A stretch of 64,000 nt of DNA, from contig NC_043008.1 of the NCBI RefSeq assembly GCF_006345805.1, forward strand, positions 45,446,001-45,510,000. Reading direction: 5' to 3'. Position numbers and translations under genes: made by a program. The stretch comes from Octopus sinensis. Taxonomy: Eukaryota. How positions within the stretch are numbered: the first letter of the stretch is position 1; the number at the start of each line of letters is the position of its first letter. Shown here in pieces: positions 38,230-49,988 of this stretch. The notes below the pieces were generated by a model. It had not been told where the DNA came from. It made no database searches and saw nothing but the letters and a program-made list of their open reading frames with translations.

Positions 38230-41200
38230 ATAAATTTATACAAATCTGTATACAACCTGGAGAAAGAAATATAAACCAAAACTAAACCCAAGACTAGTTC
38301 TAAAACTAGTCCCGTGAGTACAATTCTTTTCTCTTGATCTGTATTAAACACACCGCTCATCCTGATTTGTACTAAATACACTGAACTCTCCCGCATACAA
38401 GCCATGCATTTCCGAATATATCGACACAAACTTTTCAACGGTGTATTCACTATTATACATCAAGCCATCAATAACTGACGTACAGTGTATAATACTGTCC
38501 CACTGAATATGGCCAATAATATTCAAAAACGCAACTGGGCTGAAAATGAAATCGCTGCACTGATAAACGCTTGGTACACTCACCGCAACGAAGCTAATGT
38601 TTACAGTAAAATAGCTGAAAAATCAGCAAAACAATCCTTTCACAGATCTGTAAAACAGATCGAAAATAAAATAAGAGATCGTAAGAACAGTTCCTATTTT
38701 CCACACGCACATGGCACACTAGAAGCCATCCTTGTCAATGAATGTAGTGCACCAAATGACCCAACTCCAACAGGTCAGGGGTCACTTCAATGACCCCATA
38801 GCCAGCAACAAACAACATCTGACCTAATTCCACCCAACTCTATCACAACAACAACAGCCTGCTTCTGCTACTACATTGGAAGCACCTTGTTTAGCACCAG
38901 TATCTGACACGATTCCACCCAGCTCTACTGTTGCAAGTCAAGTTTCACTGCTGCTACAGCAACAACAACACTCTGCTACTGCTACTACAATAGGACCACT
39001 GACCAACAAGCCTGCCAGAATAGAAAAACCACTACTACACCCACGTCAAACACCCTGCCGTTACCATTCTCAAGGCAACTGTAGATTCGGCCCCAGCAGC
39101 ACCAACAACAAGGGACGCTGAGCATTTTTCCAACCTACCTTATGTCGTAGACTTGTCAAGGGCACCTGTCCATATGGTATAACGGGAAAAAACTGCCCTC
39201 ACCTCTACCCCAAATACTGTCCTAAATACAGAGCTCATGGTCTTGATCCCAAATATGGAGGCACAAAAGGCAATGGATGCACCTTCTTCCATCCTAAACT
39301 GTGCCAAACATCAGTGTCACTAAGGATGTGCCTCAACCCATGTAACCACCACCATCTGAAGGGCACAAAACGATCGCAAAATAAATATAAACAGCAACAG
39401 AGGAGATCTACGACAACAACAAAAACAAAATACAACCACGTTTCCCCTCCTACAATCAAACAACGAAGACAGAACCATGAAAAAACCATAACACCAAATA
39501 ACATAAACATGAACTATGTATCCTCTGACCAAGTGGCAAACCAAAGAGGCAACTCTTTTTTACTGATTTACCTAGAAAATATGAAGGCCGACCTAAGCCA
39601 GGAGATCCAACGAGCTATTAGCAACCATTTATGCAAATCATAAGGACCACACACCCACTACCAACAAGAAAATCATACACACACAGCTCCATACAAGAAC
39701 TACCCACATTGTTACCACTGAACAACATAAAACATAACTTAGAACAATGCAAACATCAAACTTCCCATACCTCGACATTCCTGTTAAATGTACGTGGCAT
39801 CAACCCATCGATTATTGCCCAAAAATGGAAGATCCCATATATAGAGAGTTGGCTTGCCGAAACGGCACGTTGCTTCCTTTTTTTTTTATCCTTACTGAGA
39901 CTCACTTGAACAACACCCATATGGACGCCGAGGTGAAAATAAAAGATTTCACCATTGTTCGTTCGGATTGCACAGACCGAAATAAGGGAGGGACAGCCAT
40001 CTTTATCCATGACTCCTTTTCACTTGATGCCAAGGACATGTTTTCAAATGGCTATTGGGAATCGGTATCACTATTCAGCAAGGCCAAGGACATAATCATT
40101 GTTGGTCTTTACAGGCCTCCCCAAGCACCTCTAAAGTGCTTTGAAGAGTGCCTTAGCAAAGTCAAGTCCTTCCTTCGGAAGTACAACTCCGGAAACATAC
40201 TAGTGATGGGTGATTTTAACCTTCCTCATGTGAACTGGCCCACAAATACTCTGAAGTTAGACATGCTCTACATCAGATAGAGCAGCAGCAGAACTGCTCT
40301 TTAATCTAATGGATGAATACGTCCTGACTCAGCTAGTGCTCGAACCAACGAGACGGAATAAAACGATCTTGGATCTGGTATTGACCAATCACTCTAGCTT
40401 CGTTCATAGTATCTCAGTTGAAAAAAACTCTCCTCTCAGTCCACGACATGGTACTCTGCAATTTTAATTCCCGACATATTAAAACCAAACCAGCCAATCC
40501 CACTCCATGGCACTCATTTGACAACATAAACCTCCACAAAGCGGACTGGGGAGCAATCAGAAAGGATCTGTCTTTCATCGACTGGTCTTTTACTCTCAAT
40601 TCCACCCATATTGAGACCGCATGGCAGCACTTTGAGAACATTGTCACCTATAAATGTTCTAAACACGCTCCCACGAAATCTAATAACACAAACAGAAACC
40701 GGTTCCCTAAACAGAAAAAAACACTCATCAGGCGCATCAAAAGACTCAACAAAAAAAACGACCAATTAAAATATTCCCACATACAACATCCACATTCAAC
40801 AACAATAAAAAAGCTAGAGCTGGAAAAACTTCATCTGCAGACTGACATGAAAACCTCCATTGAAAATCAAAGAGCTGTGGAGGAACAGTGGGTAATCAAA
40901 AACATCAAACGGAACCCAAAAGTGTTCTATTCTTATGCAAATAAACATAAAACCATTGTCTCACCCATTTGGCCATTGATTGATGATAACGACATTCCCC
41001 AACACAATGCTAAAGAAATGGCAGAAATACTGCAGAAACAATACTGCTCTGTCTTTAGTGTTTCCACTGATATTGACGTAAGAGACGCGAACGAAGTTGG
41101 CTCCCAAAATAAAATCTCAGACATAACCTTCACTGCTACTGACATCATAGCAGCAATAAATTAGGTCAAATACTACTCTGCTGTAGGCCCTGATAGATTC

Positions 41201-42795
41201 CCCGCTCGTCTCCTGAAGGAATGTAGACACCAACTTGCAGTCCCGCTGACCAACCTCTGGAGAAATTCGTTAGACGCAGGTTAAATACCGAAACAGTTTC
41301 TATCCCAGTCAGTCATCCCGGTTTTCAAACAGGGAAACAGATCCATCGCACTCAACTATCGCCCAATCTCACTCACCTCCCACATCATTAAAGTGTTTGA
41401 AAGAGTGTTGATATCAAAGATAGCTGACTTCCTGGAGACCCACAAACACCTAAATGCAAATCAGCATGGCTTTCGCTGTGGCAGGGACTGTCTAACACAG
41501 CTCTTACACCACATTGAAGATATACTCAAAGCCTTGGGAACAGGTTCGAAATCTGATGCCATATATCTTGACTTCAGTAAAGCGTTCGACAGGGTAGACC
41601 ATAATATCCTACTCTCAAAATTAGCAAATGTTGAAATCCGTGGAAAAGTTCTACACTGGATTAAGTATTTCCTGGCGAATAGAACACAACATGTTGTAGT
41701 TGATGGAGTCCACTCAAGCCCAGCAAAAGTCACCAGCGGTGTCCGCCAAAGAATTGTTTTGGGCCCGCTACTCTTCGTAATTTACATAAACGACCTTTCC
41801 AGTGTCGTACGTTACTGCAAAGTGAAAATATTTGCTGATGACACTAAGCTCCAGCACATCATCAATGAAGAAACAGACCGAACTCAACTCCAGTCTGATC
41901 TATATGCTGTGAGTCAATGGGCAGACAGAAACAAAATGCAACTGAACGAGGGAAAATTTGAGCTGATGCATTTTGGAAGAAATTCCTCACTGAAACAGCC
42001 ATACTCTCTTCCTTCAGGGGAACAACTCACAGCCTCTAACAATATCAGAGATCTGGGTGTAATTGTTGATGACGATCTCAGTTGGAGTGCACACATCAAC
42101 AATAAGGTCGATATAGCTCGTAGGATGAGTTCCTGGATCTTAAGAACTTTCCAGTCCAGAGAACAAGGTGTCATCATACCACTTTTCTCCTCATTTGTAC
42201 GACCACACCTCGAATACTGCTGCCCACTGTAGTCTCTCCATACAAGACAAAACATCTCGAGGATTGAATAAACCCAGAGGGCACTCACTAAACGAATTGA
42301 AGGCATGGCTGCTCTCGATTATTGGGATCGCCTTAAAGCCTTGAAACTCTACTCCCTCCAACGTCGCTGTGAGCGTTACATCATTTGTACGATGTGGAAA
42401 ATATACCGCCAACTTTGCCCAAACGACCTGAACATTAGCTTCAATGTTCATCCAAGACTGGGACCACGGGCCATACGTCCTCTGCCCAATTCAAGATCAC
42501 AGCATACATGTACGCTGCAACATAATTTCTTTCCCTCAACAGGGCCTGCCCTATTTAACATTGCCCCGAAAGAGATCAAAGAGGAAAATGATCCCATCAA
42601 CTTTAAACGGAGTCTGGATAGATTCCTTCAAGGAATACCAGATAAGCCACCCATAATTGGATACAACTCACCCAACAAGAACTCACTACTTGAATGGACC
42701 ATAAACAAAACTTGACTTAAACAGGATTCAAATAATCCTATCAGGTGGTGCTATTAAGTTAGACATGGCCTGGACCAATCTTTGGTCGAAACATA
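38230..42795 (+). mobile_element. Near full-length family B CR1/L2-group LINE (ORF1 + APE-RT ORF2), inactivated by stops and frameshifts
   Basis: ORF1 region 38485-39640. ORF2 from ~39760 ([20 protein letters not shown]) through YLDFSKAFDRVDH, FADDTKL, PHLEYCCPL, LYSLQRR to a stop at 42715. 3' end GTGCTATTAAGTTAGACATGGCCTGG. The 5' boundary is approximate. Confidence 0.85.
38485..39640 (+). pseudogene. LINE ORF1 with an N-terminal Myb/SANT-like (trihelix) domain, a Q/T/P-rich linker and tandem CCCH-like zinc fingers
   Basis: KRNWAENEIAALINAW..VYSKIAEK..RSVKQIENKIRD..YFP..LEAIL; CRYHSQGNCRFG, LCRRLVKGTCPYG..NCPHLYPKYC, GCTFFHPKLC, RMCLNPCNHHHLKGT. Confidence 0.6.
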
Positions 42796-42871
42796 TCTAA
42801 GTTTTATATATAAATACATGTATACATATACATACATACATATATATACACACATATATACATATACATAC

Positions 42872-42902
<31 letters not shown>

Positions 42903-43411
42903 CATACATACATATATGCATACATACATATATATACATATATATATATATACATACATACATACATATACACACATATATATATACATACATATATATA
43001 CATATATATATATATATATACATACATATATATAATATATATATATATATACATGTATATACATATATATATAATGTATATATTATACATACATATATAT
43101 ATATACATACATATATATATACATACATATATATATATACATACATATATATATGTATATATATAATAATACATACATATATATATATATACATACATAT
43201 ATATATACATACATACATATATATATATACATACATATATATATACATATATATATATACATACATATAAATACACACATATATATATATACATATAAAT
43301 ACATATATATATATACATATATATACATATATATATAATCATACATATAAATACATGCATACATATATATATACATACATACACACATATATATATATAT
43401 ATACATACATG

Positions 43412-43442
<31 letters not shown>

Positions 43443-43536
43443 ACATATATATACATATATATACATATATAATATATACATATATATATACATATATACA
43501 TATACATATATATATATAATATATATATATATATAT

Positions 43537-43579
<43 letters not shown>

Positions 43580-45060
43580 CCAGTTTTCGCAGAGGAAGGA
43601 CGTGTTTGCTTTTGCTCTGTGAAAAAAAACAAAAGGTTGCATAAATCGGCGAAATAAATTACTGAAAGTAACAAAACGTAGAACTTTGTTAACTCATAAA
43701 GTCTACTAAAATACATTTATCAAAAATATATTAATCAAAAACGTAATATATTTTGCCTGAAGCCAAATGTAATACAGCTGAAAACGCACATGGTGGCAAC
43801 TCATTAAATTAATTTATCTCCTGTAAGAAAGAAAAAAGAAGCATTTTTCCTGTAAAGGAAAAGTAATTCCGTAAAGCACCTAGGTCTGGACTGCACCATT
43901 CATGATAAGTATTGTTTTCATATTCTATTTCATATTTTATTTATTATTTTATTCCCCTTTACTTAAGCTAGCATCTCCGTTAAAATTTACGAAGCCATCT
44001 TTGTTTACACATTCTGAGAATAACTCTCTTTCAATTTCTGTTTCGCTTTCATACATCTATCTTCTTGTAATTAGTTTTAGAATTAAATAACTCCTTTCTT
44101 TTCCCCACTTTAATATATTTTAATATATTTTCCTCACTTTCTTTCTTCTACCTCTTCTCTCTCTCTCCGTATGTGTATATGTGTGTATGTATGTGTATGT
44201 ATGTGCACGTGTATATATACGTATATATACATAGACGTGTACTTTAATAATCTTTCCGTCTCTATTTCAGAATCTATTATTTTCTATTTCAGCTTTCCTG
44301 TTAATAATCTTTGATTTTCTTAATCTTTCATTTTTATATCAGCATCGTAACCTCCTCTCTTTCTTTTCTTTCTGCCTCTGTCTCTTTACTTCTCTCTATC
44401 ACACCATCTCTCTTCTTTCAGCCGTTCAATCTTTCCTTGTCTCTTCACTTCTCCACTTCTCTCTGTCACACAATCTTTCCTCTCTCAGCTTCTCAATTTT
44501 TCTAAATATATAGTCGCGAACTTTCCTCACTTCCTTCTCTTCACTATCTTCTCTCAGCTCTCAATCTCTCTAAATATACAGTCACTTTCTTTCTCTATTT
44601 CATCTCTACCCTCTATCACACTATTAAATTTTAAATATAATTAGATAGATAAATTAGATAGATAAATAAATATAATTAGATAGATAAATTAGATATAATA
44701 GATAGATATATTTAGATAGATAAATAGATATAATTAGATAGATGAATTAGATATAATAGACAGATATAATTAGATAGATAAATAGATATAATTAGATAGA
44801 TAAATAAATAAAATATCTTCTTATCTTCTCCCAGCTCTCAATCTCTCTAAATACACAGTCACTTTCTTTCTCTACTTCTTCTCTGCCCTCTATCACACTA
44901 TTAAATTTTAAACATAATTACATAGATAAATAGATAGAGTATCCAACATGTCCAGAACCTGGAGACTTGACGAATTGGCGTTGGTCGTAAGAGCCTGGCA
45001 ATGCGCCGACGGAGATAACCCTAACAATATAATTACTTATTGAACGTCCCTCGTATATAT

Positions 45061-45107
<47 letters not shown>

Positions 45108-45109
45108 TA

Positions 45110-45265
45110 TTAGAGACAAAACCACTATTTTGCAAAACAAACAAGGAAAGACTTAATCAATACATAAAATTTTAATAAATAGTCAAAAAAACCGCCACTA
45201 CAATCGTTTCTTGTCTTGATCGACAATCTTCAGGTGGACTTCCAATAAGTCAGTTTCAAATTATA
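45110..45265 (-). mobile_element. Short non-coding PLE-terminus-like element between (TA)n tracts, containing a hammerhead; a related stub lies at ~16008-16047
   Basis: AGAGACAAAACCACTATTTTGCAAAACAAACA at ~45112 resembles AGAGATAAAACCACTATTAGGCAAATCAAACA at ~16008. The element contains the HHR listed next. Confidence 0.5.
45195..45237 (-). ncRNA. Minimal type I hammerhead ribozyme, canonical CUGANGA core
   Basis: Minus strand reads CCAC, CTGAAGA, TTGTC/GATCAA/GACAA, GAAA, near-palindromic stem III ACGATTGT, A17 (GUA), GTGG. All core positions are present and stems I and II are Watson-Crick. Confidence 0.7.
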
Positions 45266-45293
45266 TATCTATGTGTATGTGTATATATATATG

Positions 45294-45352
<59 letters not shown>

Positions 45353-45432
45353 ATATATATTATGTATATATATATATATATGTATGCATATATATATATA
45401 TATTTATGTATATATATATATATGTATATATG

Positions 45433-45463
<31 letters not shown>

Positions 45464-46986
45464 GTATGTATATATATATATATATTATATATATATATAT
45501 ATGTATGTATATATATATATATATATCGCAGGTGGGACTACCCACAATATACAAGACCACCACAGCAAACAGACCCAAGATGGACACCGCCGGCAACAAC
45601 ATACACCTCACTTCGATGCTCCTACTGAACATCAGAGGACTGCAAACACTCAGTAACAGGACAAAAATCCCGTTCTTGAGAGACGTTGTCGCATGCAATC
45701 AAGCCTTATGCATAGCACTCACGGAAACGCACCTTAAACCGGACATAGCAGATGCGGAATTACACATACCACAGTATGTTGTACTACGGACCGACAGAAA
45801 AGAAAGGAGTCATGGAGGAGTTGCTATGTACATCCGTGAGGACTTCACACCCCAGGTCCTTTTGTCATACTCAAACTCGGTGTGTGACACACTAATTGTA
45901 CACATACGGCAACTTGATGTAGTTGTGTGTGCTACATATCGCCCTCCAGATGCCCCAAGCCATGTAGGCAAGTTGGAAGACTGCCTTATAGAAATAGAAG
46001 AAGTTCTAATCACATTAGAACAACACATAAGTATACTTCTCATGGGAGACTTCAATCTACCCAATGTCAGATGGCCTGAGGGCCTTTCTCTCCCAGGAAT
46101 GACAAGATGTGAACGAGGACAGGCGAGGTCCCTCCTGAACCTCATCAACACCCTGTACATGGAGCAAGTAATACTCCAACCAACCAGGGCAGGTTACATA
46201 CTGGATCTCTGCTTCACAAGTAATATAGATCTTATCCATAATGTGAAAGTGACACCGACACTACTCTCGGATCACAACATGGTAGAGCTGACCATGTACG
46301 GGCCAAAAGAGAGCACGGTCATGCAGCCTACAAGAAACCCTCAGAATCTTTCCAGCTTGAACTACCATAAGGCAAACTGGAAACAAATTGAGAAAGAGAT
46401 CCTCAAACAAAACTGGCCTAAATATCTCTCCTCGCCAGACATCGACGTGAAACTTCAACAATTCATGTCTGTAACGCAAGCCATATGCTACAAATGTGTC
46501 CCAGAGAGAAAGGCCACTATACACAAGAAGAAAATCCCCAGAGAGAGGAAAATTTTAATGAGACGGCGTACAAAAATTTCAAATCGCCTAAACAAACAGA
46601 TTGAAAGCAGTGAAAAGTCCCGCCTGAAAATAAAATTGTTGGAAATTGAAAAATGTCTGCAACTCTCCCATGAAAAGGAAAGAGCAGACAAAGAAGCCTG
46701 GGCTATAGACAACATAAAATCTAACCCCAGAGCTTTCTACAGGTATGCCAAAGAAACAGCTACAGTGCACTGTAGGATAGGGCCACTCCTTGAAAAGGAT
46801 GGCACACTTACAGGAAAACCAATGAGGGTAAGTGAAATACTGAATGAGCAATTCAAGAGTGTTTTCACTCCACCCCTCGGGCATTTCCAAATCACCAATC
46901 CAACTGACTTCTTTACCACTGCAGATATAAAATCAGAGGCGGCGACGATAAATTACATCGATATAAAGGAAGACGATGTAATAAAG

Positions 46987-49900
46987 ATAATAGAAATATT
47001 AAAATAACTAAGTCTCTCTAAAAGAGAACAGCGGCAGCGTTCCCGGAAAATAATAGTTATCGCCATACTAATATGGCATTCTTATAAAAATAAGAAAAAA
47101 GCTGTCCGCTTATTAGCTCCATGAGGCCATCGCCTAAGTTAGCTATTTGATACACAAACTGTATCCATATAACCTTCGAACAAGGGAGGTCAGTCGCTCC
47201 ACACTACTTGACCGGCAGCTACAGACGCGTTTCGGAGTATTGCCCCTACGCTGCATTGAAAAGGGGCAATACTCCGAAACGCGTCTGTAGCTGCCGGTCA
47301 AGTAGTGTGGAGCGACTGACCTCCCTTGTTCGAAGGTTATATGGATACAGTTTGTGTATCAAATAGCTAACTTAAGGCGATGGCCTCATGGAGCTAATAA
47401 GCGGACAGCTTTTTTCTTATTTTTATAAGAATGCCATATTAGTATGGCGATAACTATTATTTTCCGGGAACGCTGCCGCTGTTCTCTTTTAGAGAGACTT
47501 AGTTATTTTAATATTTCTATTATTGAAAACAAGTCGATGTATTCCATCGAAACTAGGTAAATAAAACCATCGAACAGAGATTGTCGGAAGCGACACCTAC
47601 TGGCTGGCTACGCTGCATTGAAAAGGGGCAATACTCCGAAACGCGTCTGTAGCTGCCGGTCAAGTAGTGTGGAGCGACTGACCTCCCTTGTTCGAAGGTT
47701 ATATGGATACAGTTTGTGTATCAAATAGCTAACTTAAGGCGATGGCCTCATGGAGCTAATAAGCGGACAGCTTTTTTCTTATTTTTATAAGAATGCCATA
47801 TTAGTATGGCGATAACTATTATTTTCCGGGAACGCTGCCGCTGTCTCTTTTAGAGAGACTTAGTTATTTTAATATTTATTATTGAAAACAAGTCGATGTA
47901 TTCCATCGAAACTAGGTAAATAAAACCATCGAACAGAGATTGTCGGAAGCGACACCTACTGGCTGGCTACGCTGCATTGAAAAGGGGCAATACTCCGAAA
48001 CGCGTCTGTAGCTGCCGGTCAAGTAGTGTGGAGCGACTGACCTCCCTTGTTCGAAGGTTATATGGATACAGTTTGTGTATCAAATAGCTAACTTAAGGCG
48101 ATGGCCTCATGGAGCTAATAAGCGGACAGCTTTTTTTTATTTTATAAGAATGCCATATTAGTATGGCGATAACTATTATTTTCGGGAACGCTGCCGCTGT
48201 TCTCTTTTAGAGAGACTTAGTTATTTTAATATTTCTATTATTGAAAACAAGTGGATGTATTCCACCGAAACTAGGTAAATAAAACCATCGAACAGAGATT
48301 GTCGGAAGCGACACCTGCTGGCTGGCTACCGCTGCATTGAAAAGGGGCAATACTCCGAAACGCGTCTGTAGCTGACGGTCAAGTAGTGTGGAGCGACTGA
48401 CCTCCCTTGTTCGAAGGTTATATGGATACAGTTTGTGTATCAAATAGCTAACTTAAGGCGATGGCCTCATGGAGCTAATAAGGGACAGCTTTTTTCTTAT
48501 TTTTATAAGAATGCCATATTAGTATGGCGATAACTATATTTTCCGGGAACGCTGCCGCTGTTCTCTTTTAGAGAGACTTAGTTATTTTAATATTTCTATT
48601 ATTGAAAACAAGTGGATGTATTCCACCGAAACTAGGTAATAAAACCATCGAACAGAGATTGTCGGAAGCGACACCTACTGGCTGGCTACGCTGCATTGAA
48701 AAGGGGCAATACTCCGAAACGCGTCTGTAGCTGCGGTCAAGTAGTGTGGAGCGACTGACCTCCCTTGTTCGAAGGTTATATGGATACAGTTTGTGTCAAA
48801 TAGCTAACTTAAGGCGATGGCCTCATGGAGCTAATAAGCGGACAGCTTTTTTCTTATTTTTATAAGAATGCCATATTAGTATGGCGATAACTATTATTTT
48901 CCGGGAACGCTGCCGCTGTTCTCTTTTAGAGAGACTTAGTTATTTTAATATTTCTATTATTGAAAACAAGTGGATGTATTCCACCGAAACTAGGTAAATA
49001 AAACCATCGAACAGAGATTGTCGGAAGCGACACCTACTGGCTGGCTACGCTGCATTGAAAAGGGGCAATACTCCGAAACGCGTCTGTAGCTGCCGGTCAA
49101 GTAGTGTGGAGCGACTGACCTCCCTTGTTCGAAGGTTATATGGATACAGTTTGTGTATCAAATAGCTAACTTAAGGCGATGGCCTCATGGAGCTAATAAG
49201 CGGACAGCTTTTTTCTTATTTTTATAAGAATGCCATATTAGTATGGCGATAACTATTATTTTCCGGGAACGCTGCCGCTGTTCTCTTTTAGAGAGACTTA
49301 GTTATTTTAATATTTCTATTATTGAAAACAAGTGGATGTATTCCACCGAAACTAGGTGAATAAAACCATCGAACAGAGATTGTCGGAAGCGACACCTACT
49401 GGCTGGCTACGCTGCATTGAAAAGGGGCAATACTCCGAAACGCGTCTGTAGCTGCCGGTCAAGTAGTGTGGAGCGACTGACCTCCCTTGTTCGAAGGTTA
49501 TATGGATACAGTTTGTGTATCAAATAGCTAACTTAATGCGATGGCCTCATGGAGCTAATAAGCGGACAGCTTTTTTCTTATTTTTATAAGAATGCCATAT
49601 TAGTATGGCGATAACTATTATTTTCCGGGAACGCTGCCGCTGTTCTCTTTTAGAGAGACTTAGTTATTTTAATATTTCTATTATTGAAAACAGGTGGATG
49701 TATTCCACCGAAACTAGGTAAATAAAACCATCGAACAGAGATTGTCGGAAGCGACACCTACTGGCGGGCTACGCTGCATTGAAAAGGGGCAATACTCCGA
49801 AACGCGTCTGTAGCTGCCGGTCAAGTAGTGTGGAGCGACTGACCACCCTTGTTCGAAGGTTATATGGATACAGTTTGTGTATCAAATAGCTAAGTTAAGG

Positions 49901-49988
49901 CGATGGCCTCATGGAGCTAATAAGCGGACAGCTTTTTTCTTATTTTTATAAGAATGCCATATTAGTATGGCGATAACTATTATTTTTT
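46987..49988 (+). repeat. Tandem array 2: ~361-bp monomer x ~7.6 with a ~260-bp 5' fold-back and 12-bp TSD; hammerhead-bearing retrozyme-like insertion
   Basis: The anchor CTAC(G)CTGCATTGAAAA recurs at 47246, 47608, 47967, 48326, 48686, 49045, 49407 and 49769. 46987-47246 is the reverse complement of 47263-~47523. TSD GATGTAATAAAG at 46975-46986 and 49989-50000. Confidence 0.95.
47612..47653 (+). ncRNA. Type I hammerhead ribozyme (U3:A8 variant); representative of 8 copies in array 2
   Basis: GCTGCA (stem I), TTGAAAA core, GGGG/CAATA/CTCC (stem II), GAAA, palindromic ACGCGT (stem III), C17 (GUC, cleavage 3' of 47647), TGTAGC. Stem I extends through an internal loop with GGCTGGC/GCCGGTC and CTACT/AGTAG. 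Confidence 0.85.

Noticed and set aside
42754-43716. Long Y/I/M/C/H-rich ORFs, here and at ~14300-14800, 17344-17792, 36327-37321, 45271-45698, 55174-56657 and 62690-63318
   Set aside because: They are translations of (TA)n/(TACA)n/(TG)n microsatellites, not genes.
47660-47700. Pol III promoter in the array 2 monomer (GTTCGAAGG)
   Set aside because: The B box is imperfect and there is no convincing A box, so SINE-like transcription cannot be supported.
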